Source of the DNA: the human T2T-CHM13v2.0 reference genome, Homo sapiens
Reading direction: 5' to 3' (one strand)
DNA: 64,000 nucleotides
NCBI RefSeq assembly: GCF_009914755.1
Contig: NC_060928.1
The notes under the pieces are model-generated. The model saw nothing but the letters and a program-made list of their open reading frames with translations. It was not told where the DNA came from and ran no database searches. This document shows, one piece after another, positions 1 to 14,921 of the stretch; within the stretch, counting starts at the first letter, position 1; every line of letters begins with the position of its first letter. A program made the translations under genes and the position numbers.

Positions 1-1099
1 CTCTGTTAACTTACCTAGGTCAGAGCCTAGGTAAGTTACAGAGTTCTACAGAGCCCAGGTAGACTAACTATTTAGCAATACAAGAAGGTAAATATTTTGG
101 TGCATTTTTAAACAGATAAGCTTTTGACATTTTCAGCATTTAGGTATTTTGATACATTTAGATTTTTAAAAAATATTTATTTAGATTAGGAGTTGAATGC
201 AGTTATAGGAGATAAATGGAAAAGACAACCCTTGATTAGCAGGGTTCAGCCTTTGTTTTTCATCTAGAATGATGCATCTGTAACCTTAAACTTATATAAG
301 TCTACTCAGCAGCCAAGCTACTATAGTCAACCAGACCCTGCCACTTTAGAAAGCAGTTCTGTCATTATCTACTACTAGTCAAACATAACCTTTAGAAGTA
401 TTGCCCTGCCCTCCAAAAAGAAGCTAATGAAGTAGTATTCAGTAATTTCCTGAGAGTATTTCAGATAATATAATTTTTAATTTCTTTTCATATCTAGTCA
501 TGGTTTGAGCCTCAAATATTTGTCTACAAGTTGTAGGTCATCTTCTCACCAATAATATGACTTGCTTACATCACTGTTTGGCAGAGTCAGGACAAGAACC
601 CGGGTCTTCCACTTGCAATTCAGTGCTCTGTAAATTACATCTTCCTTCATTTAAAATTCTGCTCAGGTATTTCTTTCAACCAGCACACAATTATTTCTCC
701 TTATGTGCTAATTTATATTTAACATCATCAAAATAATCTGATGTGTCCTATTCAAATATGATAACTTCTGCCCTGTCCTCTCTTAAAATCATGTCATATC
801 CTAAGGGATTAAAATTATTTCTCCCAGAAAACACAATATGTATGTTCTTGATAATACATTCATAGCTAAAGGAATATCTAAGCCAAAAGGTATGGACAGG
901 AAAAAGAAAGCTCCTGCCTACACATTTTCATGAAAATGTGATATAACAAAATATTATGACAGAATAGAAACTACATATATTACTCACAGAAATAAATGTG
1001 AATAAACTTAACTCACTTGTTAAAATAAAATAATTTTCATATAGGTAACAAAATAATAAAATACATACAATTATATGAACAAAACTACATATATGAAAC

Positions 1100-3400
1100 A
1101 AAGGGATTTCAAAAGTCTGGGAAAAATAAAAGGGTAAGCAAAGATGAAGCATGTATACCAGGCAAATGTAATCAACATTATAATAAAAAGTCTGTGATCA
1201 TAATATTATAAAAATTACAATTCAATCCAAAAAGTATTAATTGTAATGAAGAACATTTTCTGGGCTAAAAGGCAATCTACTATGAAGATATAAAACTATG
1301 ACTTCATGTATTAAATAATGTATCATTGACAATTATAAAACAAAAATTGCAGGAGACTTGAGAATAATAGGTAGAAGCATACTAGTAGGAGTCATTAAAC
1401 TCAAATATTCAGTTCAAGACAGTTCCAATGGTCCCAAAATAAACAGAGATGTAGAAATAAACAATACACCAATAACGTAAATCTTAAGGATATATGTTGA
1501 ACTTTACAGCCTGATACTCTAAAATACAACTTCTCAAACACATATAAAAAATTCACCCCCAAAAAATCATACATTTTATGTCACAAAGAATGTGCCTACA
1601 GTAAGGTACATAAAATAGAAATATTAATGACACTTCCTGATCATAATGAAATAAAACAAGAAATTTTAAAATAGAAAAAAATAGCCATAAAGACCTTTCC
1701 ATCCAAAATTTAAAGAACGTAATACTAAATAGCTCGAGTGAAAATGAAAATACAAATTCAAATTATAGAATTTCTGAAAACAATAATGATAATGAAAACA
1801 CTACCTTATAATGTATGGAATATAAAAAGTGGTGATTAAAGTCTTAAAAACTCAATTAAAGGAAATAATAAAAATAAATTAAATTCTCATATAAAAGATG
1901 TAGGAAAATAACAATCACATAAAGCAAAAGAAAGCAAAGAAAGGAAATAAAGAAAAAGGTCAGGAATTTTGAAGGTAGAGAATTTTTTAAATAATAAATC
2001 TAATTTTAAAAGATCAAAATCCTGGTTCTTTGAAAGAATTAACAAAATAATCACACCAGTAGCTAATCTAATTTTTTTTTAAAAAGGGGGGGAATCATAA
2101 TTTTTTAAAAGTAAGGATTGACAGTTGAAAACAGGGAAATAATTATTGAATCAGAAGAAATGAAAAAAGTCATACTAGTCTACTTTTCAGACCTTGATTT
2201 AAATAAATTTGAAAACTTAGATAACATGAATAATTTCTTTAGAAAATACAGTTTACTAACATCAGTTTTGTTAGAAACACAAAGCTAAAAAATGTCAAAT
2301 TTTGTAGAAAAAGAAAAAACAGTTACAAAGAAAGCATCAGACCCAGATTTCACTGGGGAATTCTAACTACGAAGTTGTTATTACTGTTAAACCTAGTCTC
2401 AAAGCTACAAAAATTGTTCTAAGGCATAGAAAATGAAGAACAAACTTCCAAATTATTTTCATAAAGGAAATATAATATTGATTCTTAAATCTTATAAATG
2501 TGATATGAAAAAGAAAATTATAGACCAATCACACTTATGAAAATGATGCAAAAATACTAAATAAAATAATTGTGAACAGAATTCAATACAACATTAAGAA
2601 AATAATAAACCATGAACAAATGGGGCTTATTCTAAGAATGTAATGCTTATTTAAGATTATGAAATTGATCATAATACACCATGTTAATATCTCTAAAAAG
2701 AACAGTCATATGATCATCTCATAAATGTTAGAAAGACCTTTAACAAAGGTTAATACCTACTCACAATTTTAACAAAAGCATTCAATAAAATGAGAATAAT
2801 AAAATACTTTATTGATAAAAATATATATGCTTAGTTACAAAGTTACTGATTTCACTCAATCAGGAAGTGCTAGCGGTATTTCACTAACATCAGGAAGAAA
2901 AAAGGTAAGTGTTACCTCCAATAATATTTAATATTGTACTGAAAGTATTAGCCTGTGCAGGAAAACAAAAGACATCACTAAAGGCTTAAACATTTTTAAA
3001 GAAGTAACACTGTATCTATTTGCAAATTATATAATAGCACATCTGGAAAATCCTAAAGACTCAGTGATAATAAAATAATTTAGTAAGGTAGAAGGATACA
3101 AAATTAACACACAGAAACAAATATCCTTCACATACACAAACAATTATTAATTAGAAGACACTCTAAGTAGAAAACCCCTATGTATAATAACAACAAAGAA
3201 GATGAAAAAACACGTAAGAATAAGTATTCAAAAAAATCTGGAAAACACACACAAAAATTAAAATATTTCTGAAATATGCAAAATTAGATTTCAAAATATG
3301 GAAAGATATCTTTAATCTGTATAAAATGAATGGGCATCATAAACATGACAGATCATAGGTTAATTAATAAATTTAATAAAAACAATCATTTTTATGAATC
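1100..3400 (+). mobile_element. Ancient, highly diverged L1M (L1ME/L1MC-like) ORF2 remnant
   Basis: A-rich sense strand with decayed ORF2 motifs, e.g. 'gaaaattatagaccaatcacacttatgaa...gatgcaaaaatactaaataaaata' ([16 protein letters not shown]-like) near 2513-2570; no open frame; boundaries approximate. Confidence 0.8.
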
Positions 3401-5009
3401 TACACATTTTGACTCACAGATTCCTGTTTTTTTCTATATTATAACTTATTACAATTATTACTTAATTTTGATGCTCAAATTACCCCAGATATAGTCAGTT
3501 GGGGGCACCTTCAAGCTAATTCTTGTGTCCTTTTGTCATATTCTAATTATTTTCTCATGTGTGCTAATTTTTAACATAGCCAGATATTCCTGTCCCTGCG
3601 ATGAAAGCAGTAATTTCTCTAAGGATCTCTGGAAACTTTTAAGTTATGAATAGATTTCAGAACTCCAAGTCTAAGAACTAGGTATGTTCATTGCTACTGG
3701 GACCCTTTCAGCACACAGAGCTAGGAAAAAATAATACACATATACGTATGTACACACCTATTACCTATATCTATATCCTCACGTACCCACACATACAACC
3801 AAATTATATCTCCAATTTCAATTTAATTCTAGTTTTCTTTCTTTCTCTCTCCCTCCCTTCCTTCCTTCTTTCCTTTTTTCCTTCCTCCTTTCCTTCCCTT
3901 CTTTCTCCTTTCCACATTTATAACTCCTTTCTCTAATAATAAGAAACAGTTTCCATTATTTTCAAAATATTTACTCTTTCATTTATTCCTAGATCACAGA
4001 GAAAGTAGCTTAAAATTGTTAACCTAAACCACTGTGAAAACCAGACCTCCTAAATACAGTGCAACATTTGTTTATAGTTCTTTTTTATTTTAGTCTGAAA
4101 ACACAGTGTTCAAAAGTTTTAGATTATTACTAATAACATTTTAACTGTAGAAAAATTACACTACAATAACAAAAAGCACTATTGAACATGAAAGCTTTCT
4201 CTCATATGTATCTTCTCTTTTAATATGTAATGTTGTACAATCCTAAAAAATATCATATCATATAGAAGAAACATGTCAATGTGTCATGCCTTTTCTTTCA
4301 TTTCAAACTACTCAAAAGTATCCTAGTACTAAGATCCTCATATCCTTAGATCCAATTGATTTTCCCAGAGACAGAAACAGAAACAAAAACAAAATCATTC
4401 TACTCCAGTGCCCTTACCATGTTTGAATTGAAGATATTTTCATCTCTTGCAAAATTAAAATTCTAATTAGTAACTTAACACATTAATTATATTAAATACA
4501 TGGAGCTATTCAGTCAATAAATAGCCTTGGGCTTTAATAAGTTCACAGCACCTTTTTATTTTTTATTTTTTGAAAGTTTCTATTACTGAAGCTGGCCAAG
4601 AAAATTGTATTTTTGAAAAAAAGTCAAAGTATTTTCTTTATATTTTTTCTCTAATTATGTAATTAAAATAAAACAATGGATAAGTAGAATGGACATAATG
4701 AAAGAGAAGCTTAAAACATTAATATAGCCTCTTTTGCAGTGAAGAATTTTCCATCAGAAACAAAATAGTAAAGGCAGATATCAAAAGTAAATTTTATCAA
4801 TCAAAATAAAGGGTTAATTTTAAAGCTTTGACCAACTGAAATGAAAATTAGTTATTTAAAACTCCACTGGAAACTTAGGGAATCCATTATTTCCTGGGGT
4901 TGACTATTCATGTTCATTATCATTTCAATAACTTATTTTTGCTTGTCATTGCTGTGGTTTTCTCTGTGTTTTTATAACATACATCAATTTCTCTTATCTC
5001 CCAAGTAAT

Positions 5010-5960
5010 TTTTTTTGCAACTTTGCTCATGTATAATTGACATACAGTAAACTTCACATATTTACAGTATACAATTAAGTTTTGACATATGTCACATGCA
5101 TGAAACAATCACAACAATCAAACAATAAAAATTTTCACCCCTTTTAATAAAAGTTTCCTTATGTTCCTTTGTAATCCATCCCACCTTCCATAGACATCCA
5201 CGTGGAAACAGTGATCTGCTTTCTAGGGCTATATATAAGTTTGCATTTTCTAGAGTTTTATAAAAACAGATTCAAATATTTCATAGTATTTTGTTTCTGG
5301 TTTCCTTCACTCAGCATTATGATGCTGAAATTCACTCATGTTCTTGATGTTCTTGTATATATGTATATCCTATGGACTCAATGTGCCCCCCCAAAATTTG
5401 TACATTAAAGCCCTAATCCCAAATGTCACAGTATTTCGAAATGGGGCCTTTAAAAGGTAATTATGTCATGAGGGTGGAGCCCATATGTTGTGACTAGTGA
5501 TCATTTAAAAAAAAGAGACATGAGAAAAGTTATGACTCTCTCCGCCATATGAGGATACAGCAAGAAAACTCCTTGACCTTGAACTTCCCAGCCTCCAGCA
5601 ATGTGAGAAATAAATGCCTGTCATTTAAGCCACCCAATTGAAGGTAATTTGTTATAGCAGCCTAAAATAAGACATTATATTTCATTTATTTTATTTGCTG
5701 ATTAGTATTCCATCATATGGATATGCTAGTCTGTTGATCATTCACTAGTTAATGAACATTTAGATTGTTTCCAGTTTTTGGTTAATAATAATGGCTTTGG
5801 TTAATAAGACTGCCATAAACGTTCACCTAGATGTTTTGTGGATATTTGCTTTCATTTCCCTTGAATAAACATTTAGGAGTAGAATATCTGGGTCTTTGGT
5901 AGGCGAAATTTTAACTATTGGACTTTTGAATAAAACTGCCTGTTTTTCCATAGCGGCTAT
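5010..5960 (-). mobile_element. Old L1M 3'-end fragment, interrupted by an MLT1A LTR
   Basis: Antisense L1M 3' motifs 'gtataattgacatacagtaaa', 'tagtattccatcatatggata', 'tttagattgtttccagttttt'. Confidence 0.75.
5368..5674 (+). mobile_element. MLT1A-like solo LTR (ERVL-MaLR)
   Basis: Begins 'tcctatggactcaatgtgccccccaaaattt', ends 'gttatagcagcctaaaataagaca'; near-TSD gtata/ttata. Confidence 0.8.
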
Positions 5961-7606
5961 ACATAATTGTCTCTTTATATACTTACGTATATTGCAACTA
6001 CATACATCATTTTATATATTTTTTAAAGGCCAAAGACCTCTGAAATGCTGGGCTAAGAAAAAAAAAGATCAGAGCCTAATGACTCGTAAGGAAAAAAAAC
6101 ACTGGGAATTCATCATGACATTAAATTATAGGTAGAATATACATATAAATGAAAAAGGAAATTATTTCAAATAATAATTTTAAAAAACAAGTTATTTTCC
6201 ACAGAATTTTTTAAGACATTAATTCCACTTTTGGATGAAATTCTTCCAGAGGAAAAATTATAGTTATCCTTATATCCCCAGTGCTAACACAGTGATTAGA
6301 ACATAGCAAGGTCATAACAGTGTTTTTTAGAATTATAAATTTAGATGAGCTAGTATAAGACACAATTGGACAAAAATTATAATTAGTATGCAAATATTAA
6401 GAACTTATAAAACAAAATGTTTTATGCCACAGTTGGGCTCTAATATATAATTTTTCTTATTGCTATTTTCCAACATTATCTTCAGATCAAGATTGATTTG
6501 TCTTTCTTTCATTTCACAATCATAAATATACAACAAAATGTTATTAAAGTGTTTGTGATGGGACATATTAGAAAGAGAGTTACCACTGAAAAAAATATAA
6601 AACCAACAACAGGCACTTTGAGAAACAACCTTATATGCAAAATAAAGGGAAAAATTTCAGGAAAATGAAAGTAAAAAGTTGACTTCATTAAAAATTCAGC
6701 CAGTACACAGTTCGTCTACTGTATGAACTGTGGCAAGACATCAGAATAATTATGATCCCATGAATGCAATCTAATCTCAAGCGAATGCTAAAAAGTCTGT
6801 CTTCCAATTAGGACATTAGTGGAACTTGCCTAATTAAATCAATTGAATATCAGTAGAAGAAAATCCCCTTAAGTATGCACTATGAGACTCATATGAAGAA
6901 ACAGATGTAATCGTGTATTTACAATGCACATTAGAAAATTGTTGGCAAATGTTTAATATACGATTTTTTATATAGCAAATCAAAGGTCTAGAAAAGGTCT
7001 TAAACCCTAGTGGAAATGCTCAAATGTGCAAATTCAGATTTTAAAAGTCTACTTTGTTAATGCTTCTTTTATAATTAAGCAATGATGTCTTAAAAGCATA
7101 TTTATAGAATTGGATGTGGGACCATAAAAAGGAGTCAATTAATTTTCTAAATATAAATGCCATATTAGAAGGTAATTATAAAGTCCTCAGAGATATTTAT
7201 CATTAAATTACATGCTGCTTCCTTTGTTTTCTAGAGTTTAGGGAACTGCTTTATTTTCTTTGAATATCTTTTCCATACTAATCATCACATACATAAAAAG
7301 CTAAGGATATTCTACTCTATGTAAGTTTTAAAACATTTTTTAAAAAGTTTTTTTAATTATTTAAAAGAAGATGAAACAATAGAATGCATAAATATCATTT
7401 TTTCTTGGTATTTCTACATAAACAGTATTTCATTAAAGGTTGCATTTTATATCGATGAGAATTTTGAATATATTTATTTTCTGCAAAGAGACTCTATGTT
7501 TTCTTAGCCTGGAAATAAGCAAGAGAGAATAGAAAAAATTTGGACCATGTCATAGCAGAATTTTAAAATATAGGTAAGATCTTCCATAAAAGATATTGTC
7601 CATTTT

Positions 7607-7943
7607 CAATTTATTTTTATTTATTTTAGTTGACAAATAATAATTATGTATATTTATGGGGTACAATGTGATGTTTTGATCTATGTATACATTGTAGAAA
7701 CATTGATAAAACTAATTAACAAATCCATCACCTTAACAATTTATCATGTTTTTGTGGTAATAACATTTAAAATCTATTATTTTAGCAATTTTGAAATATA
7801 CATTTACAATTATGGTCACCATGCAGTTCCTCCAGTCTAACTGAAACTTTGTACCCTTTAATCAACATCTTCCCTTTTCTCAACCCTCTCCCTTTTCCCC
7901 TAGCTTCTGGTAACCACCTCTTTACTCATTTCTATGAAATTCA
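7607..7943 (-). mobile_element. L1MA 3' end (non-inverted part of a 5'-inverted insertion)
   Basis: T-rich tail at ~7607-7628 followed by the antisense L1MA 3'UTR 'gtatatttatggggtacaatgtgatgttttg'. Confidence 0.85.
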
Positions 7944-7944
7944 T

Positions 7945-10910
7945 TACAAGGAACTCAAACAACTCAATAGCAAGAAAACAAATCACCTGGTAAAATATGG
8001 GCAAAGGACATGAACACACATTTCTCAAAAGAAGACACATAAATAATGTATTAGTTCACTTTCACACTGCTGATAAAGACATACCTGAGACTGGGTAATC
8101 TATAAAGAAAAAGAAGTTTAACGGACTCACAGTTCCACGTGGCTGGGGATGCCTTATCATTATGGTGAAAGGCAAAGGCATGTCTTACATGGTGGCAGAC
8201 AAGAGAAAATGAGGATGAAGTGAAAGGGGCTTCCCATTATAAAACCATCAGATCTCAAGAGACTTATTCACTACCATGAGAACAGTGTGGGGAAACTGCC
8301 CCCATGATTCAACTGTCTTCCACTGGGTCCCTCCCACAACATGGGGGAATTACGGGAGCTACAATTCAAGATGGGATTTGTGTGGGGACACAGCCAAACT
8401 ATATCATTCCACCCCTGGCCCCTCCCAATCTCATGTCTTCACATCTCAAAACCAATCATGCCTTCCCAACGGTCCCCAAAAGTCTTAACTCATTTCAGCA
8501 TTAACTCAAAAGTCCACAGTCCAAAGTCTCATCTGAGACAAGGCGATCCCTTCCACCTACGAGCCTGTAAAATTAAAAGCAAGTTAGTTACTTCCTAGAT
8601 AAAATAGAGGTACAGGCATTGGGTAAATACAGCCATTCCAAATGGGAAAAATTGGCCAAAACAAAGGGGCTGCAGGCCCCATGCAAGTCTGAAATTCAGC
8701 AGGGCAGTTAAATATTAAAGCTCCAAAATGATCTCCTTTGACTCCATGTTTCACATCCAGGTCACACTGATGCAAGAGGTGGGTCCCCATGGTCTTGGGC
8801 AACTCCAACCCTGTGGCTTTGCAGGGTACAGCCTCCCTCCCAGGTGCTTTCACTGCTGGCATTGTCTCCAGCTTTTCCAGGTGCACAGTGCAAGCTGTAG
8901 GAGGATCTACCATTCTGAGGTCTGGAGTACAATGGATCTCTTTTCACAGCTCCACAAGACAGTGTCCCAATAGGGACTGTGTGCGGGGACTCACACCCCA
9001 CATTTCCCTTCTGCACTGCCCTAGCAGAGGTTCTCCATGAGGGCCCCACCCCTGCAGCAAACTCTTGCCTGGACATTCAGGAATTTCTATACATCCTCTT
9101 AAATCTAGGCAGAGGTTCCTAAACCTTAATTCTTGCCCCTTTTGTGCAACCCATAGGCTCAACATCACATGGAAGCTGCCAAGGCTTGGAGCATGCACCC
9201 TGTGAAGCCACAGCCCAAGCTGTACCTTGCTCCATTTTAGCCACGGCTACAGCAGCTGGGACACAGGGCACCAAGTCCCTAGGCACACAGAGCAGGAGGT
9301 CCCTGGGTCAGGCCCATGAAACCATTATTTCCTCCTGGCCTCTGGGTCTGTGATGGGAGGGGCTGCTCTGAAGACCTCTGACATGCCCTGAAGACATTTT
9401 CCCCATTATCCTGCATTGTCTGGGGGATTAACATTTGGCTCCTTATTACTTATGCAAATTTCTACAGCCAACTCAAATTTCTCCTCAGAAAATGGGTTTT
9501 TCTTTTCTATTGCTTCCTCAGGCTGCAAATTTTCTAAGCTTTTATGCTCTGTTTCCCTTTTAAAACTGAATCCTTTTAAAAGTACCAAAGTCACCCCTTG
9601 AATGCTTTGCTGCTTAGAAATTTCTTCTGCCAGATACCGTAAATCATCTCCCTCAAGTTCAAAGTTCCATAAATCTCTAGGCATGGGCAAAATGCTGCCA
9701 GTCTCCTTGCTAAAACATAGCAAGAGTCACCTTTACTCCAGTTCCCAACAAGTTCCTCATCTCCATCTGAGACCTTTTCAGCCTGCATTTCATTGTGCAT
9801 ATCATTATCAGAATTTTGGCCAAAGCCATTCAACAAGTCTCTAGGAAGTTCCAAACTTTCCCAAATTTTCCTGTCTACTTCTGAGGCTTTCAAACTCTTC
9901 CAACCTCTGCCTGTTACCCAGTTCCAAAGTTGCTTCCACATTTTCAGGTATCTTTATAGCAGTGCCCCACTCTACTGGTAACAATTTACTGTATTAGTCC
10001 ATTTTTGCTGCTGATAAAGACATACCTGAGACCGGGTAATTTATAAAGAAAAAGAGGTTTAATGGACTCATAGTTCCACATGGCTGGGGGAGGCCTCACA
10101 ATCATGCTGGAAGGCAAAAGGCATGTCTTACATGGCAGCAGACAAGAGAGAATGAGAATGAAGCAAAAGTGGTTTCCCCTTATAAAGCCATCAGATCTCA
10201 TGAGACTTATTCTTATACCATGAGAACAGTATGGGGGAAACTGCCCCCATGATTCAATTGTCTCTTACCAGGTCCCCCCTGCAACACATGGGAATTATGG
10301 GAGCTACAATTCAAGATAAGATTTGGTTGTGGACACAGCCAAACACATCACAGCCAATAGATACATATAAACATTCTCAACATCTCTAATCACCAGGAAA
10401 ATGCATATTAAAACACAATAGGGTATCATCTCACACCTGTTAGAATGGTAATCAAATGAAAGACAAATGATATCAAGGTGAGGAAAAGGGAACCCCTGTA
10501 TACTATTGGTAGGAATATAAATTAGTACAGCCATTATGAAAAAATAATGTTGAGGTTCCTCAAAACACTAAAAATAGAGTTACCATATTATCCAGCAATC
10601 CCATTTCTGAGTATATATCTAAAGGAACTGAAATGGTTATGTTGAAGAAATATCTGCATGCCCATGCTTTTTGCAGCATTATTCACAATAGCTAAATTAT
10701 GGACCCAACCTACGTCTCCATCAGTGAACAAATGGATAAGGAAAATGGGATACATATGCAGAATACAATACCGTACAGCCTTCTAAAAGAAGGAAATTCT
10801 GTCATTCATTATAACACAGATGGAACTGGAAGATATTATGCTAAGTGAGATAAGCCAGAAACAGAAAGACAAATAATGTATGATCTCACTTACATGTGAA
10901 ATATAAAAAA
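7945..10910 (+). mobile_element. L1MA ORF2-end/3'UTR segment (inverted part), split by THE1
   Basis: 'caaggaactcaaacaactcaatagcaag...gaagacac' stops at 8046, resumes at 10351 'cagccaatag' and ends 'tctcacttacatgtgaaatataaaaaa'. Confidence 0.85.
8047..10350 (-). mobile_element. Full-structure THE1B/C MaLR element (LTR 8047-8406, internal region, LTR 9990-10350)
   Basis: Two ~360-bp direct repeats, each starting 'tgtattagt' and ending 'acacagccaaac..atca', around ~1.6 kb of THE1-int; internal ORF remnants 'LWNWVTGRGW' and 'LWNFELE'. Confidence 0.95.
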
Positions 10911-13621
10911 GATCCTTTACATTTTGTTTCAATGGGATCAGGTTCATTTGAAGCTTCTCATTTTGCATGCATAGATATTTAAATAATAACAATAAAAAAG
11001 CAGAGCAAGCAAAATAGCAACTGGCAAAGACAGAGCAAGTATGCCCAAATAGAAAGTCGTACAGAATGAAAGAAGATTGTCTTCACACATCACAAAAAAT
11101 GGCAAGATCTATTTCATTTAGAAGCAGCAGAGTATAGAAAATAAACCCTTGAGAGGGGTATCAGAATTCCTGATTTCTAGTTCAGAGTCCCTTACAATAT
11201 AACTGGAACACTAGGGAAGTCCGCAAATTAGATAATCCTACATTAAAAATGATCTTGGTGGTTAAGAAAATATGTCTTTTAAGAATTGATCATATATGAG
11301 GTAGATAAAGACTTGACATTACTAGAAGTCATTTCTAAGAAATACAAATTACCCACTTCAGCTAAAGAACACTTTTTTTCCTGAGCATTTTTGCATTTTT
11401 GCATGCTGGTAAGAGGAGCCTTCAAGGAGAAAGGGAATATACTCAAATTGAAGAGCAGGATTGAATATATCACACACTTAGGAGTAACTGAGCTATACAT
11501 CCACCAAGACTTCCAATACCAGTTCAGAAGGATGCTGGCATTTTTGTTAACATAATTTTAATATTTGAGAGCTTCAAATATTCTTTGTTATTGCTGCTAT
11601 TCTCAAACTGTTCTCCTATAAAAATTACTCTTAATGAGGAAAGGATTTATTTACCAATTTTGAAGAAATAAAAAGAGCAAAACTGAGAAGATAACAGGTG
11701 ATCTCAGTCACAAAGAAGGCCCAGGAAATAAAGGAAGTGGGCATACATGTAAAGAAAAAAAAAAATGGGATCTAGTCCCCTGGATCTGGTAAAAACTAGT
11801 AAAGAGTGCAAAGTGAATAAAATAAAGTCTGAGAAGAGGCCACTAAGTCTTAAAAATTAAAAGACAAAACAAAAAGCTCCTTCTCTAACAGAGCTCATCT
11901 AAGCCAACCCTCTCATTTTTTACAAGAAATCCTTTTCCAATATTTTCCATAAGTCACTTAACCTTTTCACCCCTTAATTTTCTCATCTCTAAAAGGTAAA
12001 AATGTTACTTTAAAAGTTCCCTAAGGTCTATTCCATCTCTAAAATGCTGTTATTTTAGTAGTTATTCTTCCCTTAAATACTCATTAATATGACCTTGCAA
12101 AAGCATTTTCTATACTTTTGGCTAATATTCTTTAAGGAAGTAACCAAACTCATAAATGGGCAAGTAAGAAAATATCTCAGGGTTTAAAACATTCCTATAG
12201 TCATAAATAAAATGACTTAGATGATTCTTTGGGAAATGACATAAATAATATTCTGCCTCATTTACCATGAGAAAATAACATTCAGAAACAAATTGTATGG
12301 TTTAAAAGACTGGCTTTATCAGAGAAGATTTAGACTAAAATATTTCCTACTTAAGTGCACTTTAAAATGCTACATCATAAAAACTCCTCAGACTTTCATA
12401 CTTTTCCCATTTCTCTAGTTTCAGCCATCATTGTCCAACATAAAGATTATTGAAACAATATCCTAATAGTACTCCATCACAATCTCCAAATCTGTTCACC
12501 CTTGGTTAGTCAGACTTAATGTTTTTAATTTCAAAACTGATTTTCAGCATCTATTTAGGGTATTGAAAGCTGGAATGAGTGTCACTACCATCCTAACAAC
12601 AAAATCTAATTGACTTTTCTTTTTCTCAAACCTATAAAAGAGCAATAAATTAGCCTGAAATTTAATGAAAGGCAGGTGCCCCCCTCCCCACACACACACA
12701 AAAAAAATACCATGTCACAAGCACCTGTTTATCTGGAGTGCAGTACAGGAGGATGATGAGAAACACCACATAAGCTGTAATGAGAAATTTTCAGTGGGTT
12801 GCTTAAGATTAAGTGTGGGCTAGCTAGTGTAAGAATATGGAATGCCGGGGAACTGAAGATACAAAGAGAATTAGCACTACACTATGGACTGTATGTTCAC
12901 AAGGAATATTAAGGGACAGGGTAGAAAACTAGAGAAAGCATTTCTTACTGTGTAGACCTTGGGGAGGGAAATAGCTGCCACTGTGAAACAAGCACAAACT
13001 CCACCCAGGTCATTCTCCCATGTGATATAAAAGACTCAACCTACAGGAAGAAAGGCAGTAAACCATGTTGCCTCAAGGGCACAGGTGCAGATCCCTGGAG
13101 AAAGAAAACTTTCCTCTGAGGGAGGACTGGGAAATGATAGCATTTTTGTAGAAGTTCAAAACAACTGTGAAAGATCCAGCCAGATACCCAAGGTCATGGA
13201 TCTGACTAAAGCTATGGCTAAGCTAGGACAATGTAGACTACCTACCCAATGCCCCTCACACCACTAGCAAGACCTAAGCAAGAAGTAATATGAGGCATAA
13301 ACTGAGGGTGGAAAAGAAATATTGAAGAAAAACCTTCTGGCAATGAACAGCCACCCAAAACATAAGGTAATGATGAAAAAACACGAAACTAGCAATGCAC
13401 TGAGGTAAATTCCAGCAACAACAAGCCAAGCCTCCAAACCAACTCAAATCCTGAACAAGACTGACACAACCCTCCATGTTAAGCCCTATCAGAAGAAAAG
13501 GTAAGGCAAAGGTATGCAAATCAAAGCATAATTATTGTGTACTTTATTCTCTACTCTGCTACACAACATGTCTAGTTTTCAACCAAAATTTACAAAACAT
13601 AAATAAATTTTGTAAAGAATC

Positions 13622-13634
13622 TACACATACATAC

Positions 13635-13673
<39 letters not shown>

Positions 13674-13682
13674 GTACACACA
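13622..13682. repeat. (CA)n microsatellite
   Basis: Direct CA run. Confidence 0.95.
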
Positions 13683-13704
13683 AAATTATCAAGAGAGAAA
13701 GCAA

Positions 13705-14095
<391 letters not shown>

Positions 14096-14677
14096 TCAGA
14101 TACAGTTATGACCCAGATGTTGAAACTTTCAGACAGGGAATTTAAAATAACTATAACCAATGATAAAGCCTTTAGTGGAAAAGGTGACTAACATGAATGG
14201 ACAGATGAAGAATTTTAGCAGCAACATGAAATTATAAACAAAACAAGTGTTAGAAATGAAAAAAACAGAAACAGAGATAAAGAATGCACCCTATTAATTC
14301 ATCATTAGACTCGACAGAGCCAAGGAAAGAATCACTGCATTAAAGATGGATCAATAAAAATTATTCCAAGTCAATTACAAGAAGAAGAAAAAAAGTTTTA
14401 GACAGAATCCAAGAGCTGGACAATAGTCAATGTTCTAATACTCATGTAATTGAAATCCTCTTAGAAAGGGGAAGAGAGAGAAAGAAGGCTTCTTGTCATA
14501 TTTCAGAAGAAATAGTTAAGAGAGAATAACCAAGAATTTTCAAAAAGTAATGATCAAAGAACCTCAGAGAACACCATGCAGGATAAATAGGAAAAGGAAG
14601 GAAGAAAGGAAGGCAGATAGGAACAGAGGATGTGGTGGCTGAGAGGCAAAGATGGGGAAGAAGTTTTTGCGGGGGTG

Positions 14678-14921
14678 GGGAGAAGTGCTCTGCACACTCA
14701 TGGGCAACTGCAAGGAGTCCACAATACGTTCTGGAGACTGAATCAGTCCAGGCCCAATAAACTCATTCAAAACAAACCAAACTATTATGGGAAGAGAGGG
14801 GGGAAAGGAAGGGAGAATTGCTTTGCACATTCACGGGTAATTGCAAGGAGTACACAATAAGTTATAAGCAACTGAATCAGACAGGGTCCAATAAACTCTT
14901 CAAAACAAACAAACTATTATG
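14678..14921. repeat. Diverged two-copy tandem duplication, ~133-bp period
   Basis: 'gggagaa.tgct.tgcaca.tca.ggg.aa.tgcaaggagt.cacaata...ccaataaactc..tcaaaacaaa.caaactattatg' starts at 14678 and again at 14811. Confidence 0.9.

Noticed and set aside
8276-10201. Dense overlapping ORFs on both strands
   Set aside because: Expected from the higher-GC THE1 sequence; all are broken MaLR remnants. The same applies to MST at 17.4-19.8 kb
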